A stretch of 64,000 bases of DNA, taken from contig CAVOFT010000001.1 in NCBI GenBank assembly GCA_963695095.1, positions 512,001-576,000 of the forward strand, in the 5' to 3' direction. A program made the translations under genes and the position numbers. The stretch's first letter is position 1. Each line of letters opens with the position of its first letter. The notes under the pieces were generated by a model that saw nothing but the letters and a program-made list of their open reading frames with translations, made no database searches and was not told the DNA's origin. Shown here one piece after another: positions 52,806-63,784 of this stretch. Source of the stretch: an uncultured bacterium. Lineage in GTDB: Bacteria; Krumholzibacteriota; Krumholzibacteriia; JACNKJ01.

Positions 52806-53425
52806 TGCAGTCGCCAGCGCGTAAGAAGGCTCGAACCGAACGCCACGCCCAGGGCATCCTTGCCGCACTGGGATGTATCGGCATAGTCCTCGCAAGTCTG
52901 GGCGGCGGCGCCTGCGTCTTCCAGGCACGCAGCCCGCAGGCGCCCATCGATTCGGACGTGGAGTGGCTGCCGCCTTTCGACCCCGAGAACGTGCTGGCCA
53001 ACATGAAGTCAGCCGTGGAGGCCCGCTTCCTGACGAACTACAAGGACAGCCTCGACGAGTCCTTCGTGTTCATTGCGTCGGCGACCGACGTCAACGAGGC
53101 GCCGCGGCCCGGCTATTACGACGGTTTCGGCAAGGCGCGGGAACTGGCGGCGCTCGAGAAGCTGTTCACGCAGGTTGACGCCCTCGCCCTCAACTGGAAC
53201 TACGGCGAGGACGATATCACGGTCGGCGCCACCGACGCCGAGTTCAGGTTGAGCAACTACGAGCTGCGGGTCAGCTACGCGAATGGGGATGATGTCACCT
53301 ACGCCGGCTATGCCATCTTGAGGCTGGTCAAGGCTGGCAGCCAGTGGCGGCTCAAGGAGTGGGACGAGTCGCCGAGTGTTTCGACCCTGTCCTGGGGGCG
53401 CCTGCGCGCCAACCTGGATGTTTGA
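52805..53425 (+). CDS. Hypothetical lipoprotein (NTF2-like?)
   Basis: Lipobox-like GGAC, PENVLANM..A.E......Y...L, C-terminal WRLKEWDE. Confidence 0.65.
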   Translation: MQSPARKKARTERHAQGILAALGCIGIVLASLGGGACVFQARSPQAPIDSDVEWLPPFDPENVLANMKSAVEARFLTNYKDSLDESFVFIASATDVNEAPRPGYYDGFGKARELAALEKLFTQVDALALNWNYGEDDITVGATDAEFRLSNYELRVSYANGDDVTYAGYAILRLVKAGSQWRLKEWDESPSVSTLSWGRLRANLDV

Positions 53426-53465
53426 TAGTTCGCAGCCCATGTCCTGCACTAGGAGACGAGGTACC

Positions 53466-54158
53466 ATGACTCGACGCAGCAAGCACCTACCCCTGCTGCT
53501 CCTCTTCTTTCTCCTGCCCCTGGGGGCGGGCTGTCTCTTCGGCACGCCGACGCAGCCGCCGCAGCCGAACCCGCCGCTGGCCTACAAGCCCTACTACGAT
53601 CCGAACCCGGCCGTGGCCAGGGAGAATCTCGTCTACAACTTCGAGGCCGCCTGGGAGAACCGGGACCTGGCGGAGTACCGCGACAGCATTCTCTACAACG
53701 GCACCGAGGAGGCCACGGACGGCGAGCTCTATCGGGCCTTCATCTTCTACTACGACCGCAGCCTCGATCCCGACCTGCCGGTCCAGGACCTCTACGAGCG
53801 CGAGGTGACGCGGGCGGACAACATGTTCAAGGGCCTGTCGGGACTCGATGCCGACGGTAACACCGTGCCGGGAATCCGCTCGATCACCGTGGACCTGCTG
53901 GCGAACGGTGTCTGGGCGATTCCCACCGATCCCGATCAGCAGGATGGCGATCCCTATCCGGCCGGGACGATCTGGCGCGCCTACGAGACGAACATGCTGA
54001 TCACCCTCAAGGGCACCTACGGCGAGAACACGAATGCCTGGCGGGTCGAGGACCGCCTGATCTTCCACCTCATTCCCGTGCGCGTCGCGGATCCGCTGGC
54101 GCCCAGCGGCTACCACACGGTCTACCGGCTCTGGAAGTGGCGGGACATCATCAACTAG
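53466..54158 (+). CDS. Hypothetical lipoprotein, resembling the upstream lipoprotein
   Basis: Lipobox GAGC, RENLVYNFEAAWENRDLAEYRDSIL, C-terminal YRLWKWRD. Confidence 0.68.
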   Translation: MTRRSKHLPLLLLFFLLPLGAGCLFGTPTQPPQPNPPLAYKPYYDPNPAVARENLVYNFEAAWENRDLAEYRDSILYNGTEEATDGELYRAFIFYYDRSLDPDLPVQDLYEREVTRADNMFKGLSGLDADGNTVPGIRSITVDLLANGVWAIPTDPDQQDGDPYPAGTIWRAYETNMLITLKGTYGENTNAWRVEDRLIFHLIPVRVADPLAPSGYHTVYRLWKWRDIIN

Positions 54159-54179
54159 CTTCGCCGCTCCCTGCTCCTG

Positions 54180-54221
54180 GCGCCCCTCGTGCTTGACAGT
54201 GCGAGGGGCGCTTTCTAGTGT
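54180..54221 (+). terminator. Intrinsic terminator hairpin overlapping a sigma70 promoter
   Basis: Stem GCGCCCCTCG/CGAGGGGCGC followed by TTTCT; loop is TTGACA, with TAGTGT 17 nt later. Confidence 0.6.
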
Positions 54222-54287
54222 AGACGGCCAGCGGCCGCGCGGGCTCTCCGGCGGCCGACCTCGCAAACGCGCCCCGCCAGCCCCCAG

Positions 54288-55511
54288 GTGTCCGTGCCCC
54301 GCAAGCGACGCAGACCGCAGACGTCCCGGCGCTCCCTCGCCAAGGTGTTCATCCCCCTGAGCCTGCTGATCGTGCTCGTGGCGGCGGGCCTGCTCGCCCG
54401 CGAGCGCTTGGTCGAACTGTGGCTCGGCGCCACGGAACCCGAGCTCAGCCTGCCACCGCGGGGCCTGCGCCCGGCCGAGGACTTGGAAGAGGCCATCGTG
54501 CTCGGGGCGCGCGAGCTGGGCGTGGCCCGCGGCCGCATCGGCCGCCGGGCGGGCGTCGACGGCCAGCCGCGCTTCGAGTTCCGCTGCCCCGACCGCCTGC
54601 ACCCGCTGACCGCGAATCGCTGGCTCAGCCGCATCTTCGCCGATGCCGGCATCGAGGTGCTCGACTGCAGCGAAGACGGCCCGCTCGGCCGACCGCGCCT
54701 GGAGTTCAAGCTGGCGGCGGGCAGCCGCCGCGAGGCGCGGGCAGCGCTCACGGTGCTGCCGCCCCTGGGAGAGGCGCCGCTCGAGGAAGCCCTGCCGCGC
54801 CTGGCCATCCTCGTCGACGACCTCGGCAACAACTACGACCGCGTCACGCGCGGCGTGCTGGAGCTGGAGCAGCCCCTGACCATCGCCATTCTGCCGGGGC
54901 TGACCCACAGCGAGCGCATCGAGAAGGAAGCCCGTCGCCGCGGGCACGCCGTCTTCCTGCACCTGCCCATGGAGCCGGCGGACTATCCCGAGAAGGACCC
55001 GGGCCGGCTCGCCGTCATGGTCAGCATGAGCCGCGATTCCATCGTGGAGCTGCTCGAGCGCATGGCGGGCGGCTTCGCCCGGCTGGACGGCTTCAACAAC
55101 CACATGGGCAGCCGGGCCAGCACCGACGATCGCGTCGTGGGGGCCGTGCTGGACTGGGCGGCGCGCGAGCACCTGCCCGTCGTCGACTCCTACACCGCCG
55201 CCGGCAGCCGCATCTACCCGCTGGCACGCCAGCGCCAGCTGCCCGCGCTGCGGGCGGACCTCTTCCTCGACGGTGCCGAGGAGGGCGAGCTGGCCATCAT
55301 GAGCAACCTGGCCGAGGCGGCCGAAACGGCGCGGCGCCGAGGCTGGGCGGTGGCGATCTGCCACCCCCGGCCGGAGACCCTGGCCGCCCTGCGCAGCATG
55401 CTGCCCCGCCTGACGGACTATGGCCTGCGCTTCGTCACGGTGCCGCAGCTCATTGCGGGCCTGGGCGGCAGCGACCCCACGCCCGCCCCGCGCCAGCCCG
55501 GGCCGGGTTGA
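54288..55511 (+). CDS. Divergent polysaccharide deacetylase (YibQ-like) with N-terminal TM
   Basis: LAILVDDLG, AILP, FLHLPMEP, GFNNHMGS, VDSYT, DLFLD, AICHP. Confidence 0.92.
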   Translation: MSVPRKRRRPQTSRRSLAKVFIPLSLLIVLVAAGLLARERLVELWLGATEPELSLPPRGLRPAEDLEEAIVLGARELGVARGRIGRRAGVDGQPRFEFRCPDRLHPLTANRWLSRIFADAGIEVLDCSEDGPLGRPRLEFKLAAGSRREARAALTVLPPLGEAPLEEALPRLAILVDDLGNNYDRVTRGVLELEQPLTIAILPGLTHSERIEKEARRRGHAVFLHLPMEPADYPEKDPGRLAVMVSMSRDSIVELLERMAGGFARLDGFNNHMGSRASTDDRVVGAVLDWAAREHLPVVDSYTAAGSRIYPLARQRQLPALRADLFLDGAEEGELAIMSNLAEAAETARRRGWAVAICHPRPETLAALRSMLPRLTDYGLRFVTVPQLIAGLGGSDPTPAPRQPGPG

Positions 55512-55592
55512 TTTCCCCGGGCGCGTCTGGTATCTTCTCCACTTTGAGGCAGATGTGTCGGTATCCAGATTCCCCGCCCAGCCAGGAGACTC

Positions 55593-56645
55593 ATGATCCG
55601 CCCGCGTATCCGCCGCCGCTCCGCCCTGCTCGGCGCTCTGCTCGCTACCCTGGGCCTCGCCGGCCATGCGTTCGCGCAGCCGCCCGCTGCTCCGCCCCGC
55701 TCGGATCGGCAATCGCTCTCGAAGGAGGAGATGCTGCGCCCCCAGGAGGAGCTGCAGGCCTTCCCCTACCAGCTCGTGGACTACACCCAGGAAGCCCACG
55801 ACACGCGCACCCAGAACGCGCCCGTGATCGTCGTCGGCAAGATCGAGTCCTGCGAGGAGATCCAGGGCACCGAAAAAGGCCGCAACTGGGGAGCCTGGCT
55901 GCGCGTGGAGACGATCCTGCGCAGCGACCGTGCCGGGCAGGAGCAGGCCGACCGCCTCTACTTCCGCCTGCTTCCCCTATTGCCACCCCATGCGCCGATC
56001 GCGGTCGGCGACCGCTGCCTCCTGCTTCTGGACCGCGACCTTCGCCACGACAACGCCCTCATCCTGCCCACGGAGATGAACTACTACCCGGTATCCGCCG
56101 AGGGCATGGTGAAGAAGTTCTGGAAGGCGGCGCCGACGCGAGAAGAGCCGATCGTCCGCGAGGTGCCGCTGTCGACCGTCCTCGAGGAGATCCGCACCCT
56201 GCTGCGCCAGGTGAGCCTGGAGGAACAAGCGCGCAAGAGCGGCCTGGTCTTGGTCGGCACGGTGACCGAGAGCCAGCAGGGCAGCGAGGGCGCCGCCGAC
56301 TACTTCTACGTCCAGATCAAACCCGAGAAGGTGTTCAAGGGTCAGCCCGACGGCGACACGATCACCTTCATCCAGCGTGGGAATCCCTATCGCTGGGCCG
56401 TCCAGGCGCTCAACCGCGCGGGATTCAAGCCGGGCGACCGCGTGCTCTGCTTCGGCAACAAGGACCCGACATTCTCGAAGCCGGGGACCTGGAATCCCAA
56501 GGGCGAGCCGCTCTATGTCTTCCCGTATGGGAAGAACTCCTCGCTCTTCATTGCCAGCACCACTGCCTGGCGGCGCGGATTCCAGCCCATCCCCCTCGAG
56601 GAGCTCTACCCGCAGCTCGAACGCTGGACCAAGGCCACGCCCTAG
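55593..56645 (+). CDS. Secreted hypothetical protein with two tandem beta-rich domains
   Basis: Signal peptide (RRRSALL..AFA/Q); repeated V(I/L)VG(K/T)(I/V)...E(T/K)(I/V)(L/F)(R/K)...GDR(C/V)L pattern. Confidence 0.65.
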   Translation: MIRPRIRRRSALLGALLATLGLAGHAFAQPPAAPPRSDRQSLSKEEMLRPQEELQAFPYQLVDYTQEAHDTRTQNAPVIVVGKIESCEEIQGTEKGRNWGAWLRVETILRSDRAGQEQADRLYFRLLPLLPPHAPIAVGDRCLLLLDRDLRHDNALILPTEMNYYPVSAEGMVKKFWKAAPTREEPIVREVPLSTVLEEIRTLLRQVSLEEQARKSGLVLVGTVTESQQGSEGAADYFYVQIKPEKVFKGQPDGDTITFIQRGNPYRWAVQALNRAGFKPGDRVLCFGNKDPTFSKPGTWNPKGEPLYVFPYGKNSSLFIASTTAWRRGFQPIPLEELYPQLERWTKATP

Positions 56646-56738
56646 GCGCCAGCGCGACCGAGCGGGGAGCCCCGCGCCATCGCCACAATCACCGACCCCA
56701 AGACCGGAGCCGGCGCGAGCCTGCTCCCGAGGTGAGGC

Positions 56739-58415
56739 ATGTCTCGAAACCAGAAGATCAAATTCTACAGCATCTTCGTGGTGCTGCTCCTCAGCCTTTG
56801 GCTGCTCTGGCCCAGCTTCCGCTTCTTTTCCATGAGCAAGGAGGAGCTGGAGACCCTGCGCGTCGACGATGCCAAGGCCTACAACAAGCTCCTGGACAAA
56901 TCCCTGAGCCTCGGCCTGGACCTGCAGGGCGGCACCTACCTGGTGCTCGAGGTCGACCTGGAGGGCGTCCCCGAGGAGAAGAAGGCCGACACCGTCGAGC
57001 AGGCCATCAAGGTGATCCGCAACCGCGTCGACCAGTTCGGCGTGGCCGAGCCGAGCATCACCAAGGAAGGCGACCGCCGCATCGTGGTCGAAATGCCTGG
57101 CCTGCCCGATGTCGAGCGCGCGACGCGGCTGCTCAACACGACGGCACTGCTCGAACTGAAGCTGGTCGCCCAGCAGGGCGAGGTGTTCTCGGCCCTCCAG
57201 CAGCTCGATCAGGCGATCAGCACCCGCCAGAAGCTTCCGGGCGCTCAGGCCGACGCGGCAGCCGCTGCCGAGGCGGCGCCCGCCGAGGCGGCCAAGGACA
57301 GCGCCATCTCCTTTCTCGGCGAGACCGCGCCGCCGGCCGAGGAGGCCGCTCCCGGGAGCACCGGCCTGCTCGCCCTCATGCGCGGCTACGAGAACGGCGG
57401 CCTCTTCATCTACAAGGACGACATTGCCAAGGTGAAGCAGTACCTCGCCGATCCGGCCATTGCCGTCGCGATCCCGCCGGGCTACGAGTTCATCTGGGGC
57501 GCGAAGGATGTCATGGATGCCGGCGGCCGCCCGGCGCGTATTCTCTACTACTGCAACAGCCGCCTGGAGCTGGATGGCAAGAGCCTGACGGGCGCCAACG
57601 CCGAGCCGGACAATGATCGCCCGGGCTTCTACCGGGTCGCCTTCACGCTCGACCGCGCCGGCGCCAACCAGTTCGCGCGGACCACGGAGCGCAACGTGGG
57701 CAGGCAGCTGGCTACCATTCTCGATAGCCAGGTCTTCCTGGCGCCCGTGATCGAGTCGCGCATCGGCGGCGGCTCGGGCGTCATCACCGGCCGCTTCACC
57801 GCGGATGAGGCGGCGGACAACGCCATTCTCCTGCGCGCCGGCGCCTTGCCGGCCACGATGCACATCGAGGAAGAGCGCTCGGTGGGTCCCAGCCTTGGCC
57901 ATGACTCGATCGCGATGGGCTTTCGCGCCGGTCTCATCGGCTTCATCTGCGTGATCCTGTTCATGATCTTCTACTACCGCGGCAGCGGCCTGATCGCCAC
58001 GGCCGCCCTGCTCCTGAACATGCTCATCCTGCTGGCGGCGATGGCCTACCTGCACGCGACGCTGACCCTGCCGGGCATCGCGGGCATCATCCTCACCATC
58101 GGCATGGCCGTCGACGCCAACGTGCTGATCTACGAGCGCATCCGGGAGGAGCTGCGTCGCGGCGGGCGCGAGGGCAAGGTGCGGGTGGCGATCCAGTCCG
58201 GCTTCGAGCGCGCCTTCTCGACCATTCTCGACGCCAACCTGACCACCTTGATCACGGCTCTGGTGCTCTACATCTTCGGCACCGGTCCCATCAAGGGCTT
58301 CGCCGTAACCTTGAGCCTCGGCATCATCGCCAGCATGTACACGGCGCTGCTGGTGAGCCGGTCCATCTTCGACCTCTTCACCCTCAAGCGCCCCATGCAG
58401 ACCCTGAGCATCTAG
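56739..58415 (+). CDS. secD: Protein translocase subunit SecD
   Basis: LGLDLQGG, IRNRVDQFGVAEP, LLRAGALPA, VGPSLG, LTLPGIAGIILTIGMAVDANVLIYERIREE. Confidence 0.97.
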   Translation: MSRNQKIKFYSIFVVLLLSLWLLWPSFRFFSMSKEELETLRVDDAKAYNKLLDKSLSLGLDLQGGTYLVLEVDLEGVPEEKKADTVEQAIKVIRNRVDQFGVAEPSITKEGDRRIVVEMPGLPDVERATRLLNTTALLELKLVAQQGEVFSALQQLDQAISTRQKLPGAQADAAAAAEAAPAEAAKDSAISFLGETAPPAEEAAPGSTGLLALMRGYENGGLFIYKDDIAKVKQYLADPAIAVAIPPGYEFIWGAKDVMDAGGRPARILYYCNSRLELDGKSLTGANAEPDNDRPGFYRVAFTLDRAGANQFARTTERNVGRQLATILDSQVFLAPVIESRIGGGSGVITGRFTADEAADNAILLRAGALPATMHIEEERSVGPSLGHDSIAMGFRAGLIGFICVILFMIFYYRGSGLIATAALLLNMLILLAAMAYLHATLTLPGIAGIILTIGMAVDANVLIYERIREELRRGGREGKVRVAIQSGFERAFSTILDANLTTLITALVLYIFGTGPIKGFAVTLSLGIIASMYTALLVSRSIFDLFTLKRPMQTLSI

Positions 58416-58438
58416 GCGGCGGAAAGGCGAGGCCAACC

Positions 58439-59377
58439 ATGTTTGAGCTATTCAAGGACGCGAACTATCGCATCATTCAGCGCCGGCGCGTGTTGATGTC
58501 CATCTCGCTGGCCGCCATCCTGATCGGCCTTGGCAGCCTGATCATCAAGGGCGGGCCGGCCTACGGCATCGACTTCAAGGGCGGCTACAAGTTCATCGTC
58601 AAGTTCGTCGACCCGGTGGAATTGAGCCGAGTGCGGCAGGTTGTCGGCGAGCTGGGCTTTGCCGACAACAAAGTCTCGGATTTCGGCCAGGAAGATGAAG
58701 TCGTCATCATCCTGCCGGCCGACGAAGCCCTCGCACGGGGCGACGATGTGGGCGGCGATGCGGTGCAGCTCCGGCTCGGTGAGGGCCTGCGCGCGGCCTT
58801 CGCCGTGGAGGAGATCAGCCAGGAGAAGGTCGGACCCAAGATCGGCGGCGAGCTCCGGGTCCAGGCGCTGTGGGCCATCCTCTACTCGCTGCTGGGCATC
58901 ATCGTCTACATCACCTGGCGCTTCGAGTTCAAGTTCTCGATCGCCGCCATCATCGCGCTCGTGCACGACGTGCTGATCACCATCGGCATCTTCAGCTTGC
59001 TCGACAAGCAGATCGATCTCACCGTGCTGGGCGCGCTGCTCACGCTCGTCGGCTACTCGCTCAACGACACGATCGTCGTCTTCGATCGCATCCGCGAGAA
59101 TCTCAACGCGCGGCGACGGGGTGAATCCTATGAGGGCCTGGTCAATACCAGCATCAACCAGACGCTGAGCCGGACCGTGATCACGGGCGGCACGACGCTG
59201 ATCGTCCTCGCCTTCCTGCTCGTGATGGGCGGGGCCGTGATCCAGGACTTCGCCTTCACGCTCTTCATCGGTATCCTCGTGGGCACCTACAGCTCCATCT
59301 TCATCGCGAGCCCGATCCTGGTGGAGTGGCAGGCCGCCAGCCAGCGCCGGCGCGCGCGGCGCCTCGCTGCGGCCTAG
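58439..59377 (+). CDS. secF: Protein translocase subunit SecF
   Basis: GIDFKGG, VGPKIG, ALVHDV, GYSLNDTIVVFDRIRE, GTYSSIFIA. Confidence 0.97.
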   Translation: MFELFKDANYRIIQRRRVLMSISLAAILIGLGSLIIKGGPAYGIDFKGGYKFIVKFVDPVELSRVRQVVGELGFADNKVSDFGQEDEVVIILPADEALARGDDVGGDAVQLRLGEGLRAAFAVEEISQEKVGPKIGGELRVQALWAILYSLLGIIVYITWRFEFKFSIAAIIALVHDVLITIGIFSLLDKQIDLTVLGALLTLVGYSLNDTIVVFDRIRENLNARRRGESYEGLVNTSINQTLSRTVITGGTTLIVLAFLLVMGGAVIQDFAFTLFIGILVGTYSSIFIASPILVEWQAASQRRRARRLAAA

Positions 59378-59399
59378 GGCCGCCGGCCCTTGTCGTCGA

Positions 59400-59426
59400 G
59401 GGGGCGCCGCCGGGCGCCCCCTTTTG
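59400..59426 (+). terminator. Intrinsic terminator after secF
   Basis: GGGGGCGCC-gccg-GGCGCCCCC-TTTT. Confidence 0.7.
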
Positions 59427-59462
59427 CTGGCGCCTCGGGGGCGCTCTCCTTAGGATCGCCGC

Positions 59463-62400
59463 ATGCGCCCGCGCTGCCGCCCTGCCCTCCTTGCCGCGCT
59501 GCTCGTTGCCCTCCTCGCCTCTCTGCCCCGCGGGGAGGCTGCCGGCGAGGGCGCTGCGCCTGCCGACACCCTCGTATCCCCGGCGCCGGCCCCGAGCAGG
59601 GTAGCCCGAACCGGGCGATCGCGAGCTGCGGCGCCGCCGGCGAGCAGCTCATGCAGCGTGTGGACGCGGCACTGGCCGCGCTCGTCGCGCGCGGCGAGAT
59701 GCTCGGCGCCGCGGCTCCCGCCATCGCTCTCGGATGCGCAGGCGGCCTTTGCCTTCCTCGAGCGAGTGCTGGGTCCCCGGCCCACCCTGTACGGTCTGCC
59801 GCTCGGCGTCCAGCTCCTGCAGGGCGAGGAGCCGCTGGCCTGGCTCGGGCATCCCGTACCCCTTGCCGATCGCGAAGGCGCCGTCGCCGGGCCGGCGCTG
59901 CGCCGATTCGGCGTCTACCGCTTCCTCAGCCTGCGCGGCTCTCTGGGCGGCACGGGTCTGGACTGGCTGATCGACCTGCCGCTGGCTCGGCGCCTGCCGG
60001 TCGGTCGGGGCGGTTTGCCGACCCTGCTCAGCGCGCCGGCGGGGCTTGACCTGCGCGTGCTGCCACCGGCGGTCGCCGCGGATTCCGACCTCTCCGAGGG
60101 CCCTTGGCGCTCACTGTCCGGCCCTGCGTCGGCATGGACAGGGCGCGCTGCGCCGCTGGCAGCGCCATGTCGACGGCCGCGCGCTGCTCGAACTGCGCTT
60201 GGCGGTCCCGGCCCAGGCGCTGCAGCAGCGCGCGGAGCGCACGGCGCAGCGGCGCGGGCAGGGCGCTGCCGCCGCGCTGATCGTCCTGGCGCTGGGGCTC
60301 CTGTTGCGCTGGCGATTGCGCCGGGCGCGGCGAGAGGAGCCCGGCCTTGCCTGGCGCGCGCTCTTGCTCACGCTCTGGGTGCTGCTGCTGCGCCTGTGCC
60401 TGCGCTGGGGCGACGTGCCGGGCAGCTGGCTCGGCGGGCGCTTCTGGGGTCCGCAGGACTTCGCCATCGCAGTGCCCGGGGGACTGCTCGCCAGCCCCGG
60501 GGAATTCCTCCTGAGCGCACTGGCGGCCCTGCTGCTGCTCGTCCTCGTGCTGCGCCCCTACCTGCGGCCGGAGGAAGAGCGCAGCGCAGAGGAGCCGCCG
60601 GCCGCCCCCGCGCGCAGCGCCGGCCCGCTGCTGCGGGTCTTCGCGCTCCTGGCGCCGCTGGGCGGGATCCTCGTCGCCTGGAGCTTCCTGCGCTGGATCT
60701 ACGCCCACACGGCTTCCGCCCTGCTCGCCGCCGAAGGCCTGGGCGGGGCGCGGCAACAGGGATTCGACGGCGCGCTCTTCTTCGCGGCGGTCTTCCTCAT
60801 CAGCGCCTTCCTGGTGCCGGCGCACTTCGCCTGGCGCCGCCTGCCGGAGCGGCGCTTGCTGCGCCTGGCGGCCAGCCTGATCCTCGTCGTCTTCGCTGCG
60901 CGCCAGGCCGGGATCGAGGCCGCCCTCGCCCTCTCGCTCCTGCTGCCCGTGGCGTGGGGCTTCCGCCGTGCGGCCGCCCGCTTGACGGGCCTGCTGATGC
61001 ACGCCGTGCTCGTGATTCTCGCCGTCACCCTGCTCGTCGACGGCGCGCGCGACGCCGCCCGCCAGGACCTCCGCCAGACCCGGGACGCCGAAGCGGCAAG
61101 CGCGGACGCCGCCCGCAATCTCCTGCAACCCGCCCAGGTGGAGGAAATGCTGCTCGCCCTCGGCGACGAGCCGGCCATCCGCCGCGAGCTGGCCGGCGGG
61201 GAGGGGCCCGACAGCTGGCTCGCGCTCGCCGCCTGGCAGGGGATGGGACTCGAGGCGGGCGGCGAGGCAGGTGCGCTCGAGATCTTCGATGCCCGCGGAC
61301 GCCTGCGCAGCCGCTATCAGCTGGGCGTCGAGCTGCCCGAGCCGGCGCGGCGCTTTCCCCTCATCCGGGAACCCGCGGAGCCGGGCGTGGTCGTCCAGCG
61401 CACGGTGGTCGCCAGTCGCGAGGATTCGCTGCGCCTGCTGGCGGGCGAGCTGGCGCTCTTCGAGGAGGGCCGTCCACTGGGCACGCTCGTCCTGCGCCTG
61501 CGGGAGGCGCGCGCGCCGGCGCCGGCCCTGCCGGCACCGGCGGGGCTGGCGCCGCCGGCTGCTCGCCGGCCTGCAGCGGCTCTTCCTGCACCTCGTCATC
61601 CTGATCGCTCTGCTGGGCCTGGACCTGCTCTTCGCGCGCTTCGCGCCGATCCGGCGCCGCTTGCCGCCACTGCTCGGCCCGCGGGGCCTGGGCTTCCAGC
61701 ACAAGCTGCTGCTTCTTCTTTCTGGTCGTCGCCCTGCTGCCCGTGGTGCTGACGGGCATCATCGCCGGGCGACAGCTCAGCGGACAGCAGGATGCGGCCA
61801 GCCTGCGCGCCAGCCTCGAGCGCGTGCGCGCCGCGCAGCGCTCGCTGGAGAACCGCGTGCGGCAGGAGGCCCGCGACCTCGCCGCCAGCGAGTACGTGCG
61901 CAACTTCGTCGTACCGGATTTTCCGACCACGGTGCGCGACATCGGCAGCCTCGAGCACAACCGCCTGATGATCTTCAACGGCGTCGGCGAGCTGCTGCTC
62001 GACGAGAGCCTGCGCAACTGGAGCCCGGCGCAGGTGGACTCCTTCCTCGCCGTGGTGCCGCCGGGCCGGGTGGTCTACGAGCGCGAGGGACGCCGCGTGC
62101 ACGCGGGCATGCTGCAGCCCATGGAGCTGTGGCACCGCGAACGGCGGATCCACTTCACGGTCTACTATCGTCTGCACGTGGACGCGGCCCTGCTCGACGG
62201 CCTCGGCGAAGTGGTGGGCGGCGAGCTGAACCTCTACAGCGCCGGCTCCCTGCTCTATGCCGATCGGCCGGAGCTCTTCGGGCTCGGCTACCAGTCGCCG
62301 ATGCTGGATCCGGCCACGGTGCGCGCCCTGGCCGCTGGCCACGCCCCTCCGCGCCAGGACCTCGAGCGGGCGGGCGGGCTGCGCCTGGGCCGCGCCACGC

Positions 62401-63784
62401 TGCCCCTGGCCGACGCCCTGGGCCGACCGATGGCCCTGCTCTCCAGCGTGGACGTGGCCGGGCTCGACGCCCCGGCCGGCGGCCTGGGCGAGAGCGCCTC
62501 GCTGGTCTTCAGCATGATCGCCCTGCTCATGATCCTGGCGCTGCTGCTGGGCGGCTTCCTGGCCGGGCGCGTCTTCCTGCCCATCCAGCGCCTGCAGCTC
62601 GCCGTGCGCCGGCTCAGCGCCGGGGACCTGCAGGCGCGCCTGCCCGCCGGCGGCGCCGACGAGATCGGCGAGCTGATGGCGAGCTTCAATCGCATGGCCG
62701 AGGGGCTGCAGACGACGCGCAACGAACTGGAGCACCGCCGTCGCTTCGTCGAGAGCGTGCTCGAGAACGTGGCCAGCGGCGTGCTCGCCTTCGACGCGAC
62801 AGGTCGCGTGGTCTCGGCCAACGGCGCCGCGCGGCGCCTGCTCGCCCTTGGCGACGAGCCGGTGGAAGGCCGGGACTTGGCAGCTCTGAGCGGCCTGACG
62901 CCCGCGGCCCGACGGCCTGGACCGCGGCGCGCTCTTCCGGCATCTCGCCGCGCAACCGGCGGGGCTGCGCGGCCCGGCCTGCGAGCTGCGCCTGGAGCAT
63001 CCGGAAGGCGCGCGCACCCTGCGCATGGCCGATGCCGACCCGGCCGGCGAGCGCGTGGTGGTCTTCGAGGACGTCACCGAGCTGATCCGCAGCCAGAAGC
63101 TGGCCGCCTGGAGCGAGATGGCCCGGCAGGTGGCCCACGAGATCAAGAACCCGCTCACGCCGATCAAGCTGTCCGCGCAGATGATGGAGCGCGCCTGGCG
63201 CGACCGTCGCGAGGACTTCGACGGCATCCTCACCGAGAGCCTGGCCAGCATCAGCGAGCAGGTGGAAATCCTGAGAAGGATCGCCCAGGAGTTCAGCCAG
63301 TTCGGCCGGCGCGCGGAGCTGAACCTGGAGAGCGTCGACCTGGCCGGCCTGCTCGCCGAGCTCCTCGCGCCCTATCGCGATGCGCTGGCCGTGGACTGGC
63401 GGGGCCCGCGCGAACTCGCCGTGCGCGCGGACCGCGAAGCCCTGCGCAAGGTGCTGCTCAATCTCGTCGAGAACGCCCGCGAGGCGATGGAGGGCGCCGG
63501 CCGGCTGGTGGTCAGGTCGCCGCGTTCGCGGGGCGCGGCGAAGGCGGCACGGTGGAACTCGCCCTGCGCGATCACGGCACGGGCATCCCCGAGGAAGCGC
63601 TGGGCCGTCTCTTCGAGCCCTACTTCAGCACGAAGACGCGCGGCACGGGCCTGGGGCTCGCCATCAGCGCGCAACTCGTGGAGGAGATGGGCGGCCGCCT
63701 GCGCCTGGAGAACCACCCGGCCGGGGCGCGGTGGCGCGGCGCAGCCTGCCGCGGGCTAGCGAGTCTGCCGCCTGCCGCCAGTAG
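59463..63784 (+). CDS. Very large NtrY-like sensor histidine kinase (multi-TM N-terminus, HAMP, PAS, HisKA, HATPase); multiple frameshifts
   Basis: HAMP DEIGELMASFNRM, PAS VLENVASGVLAFD, H-box ARQVAHEIKNPLTPIKL, N-box NLVENAREA, DHGTGIP, FEPYFSTK, GTGLGL, spread across frames. Confidence 0.8.
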
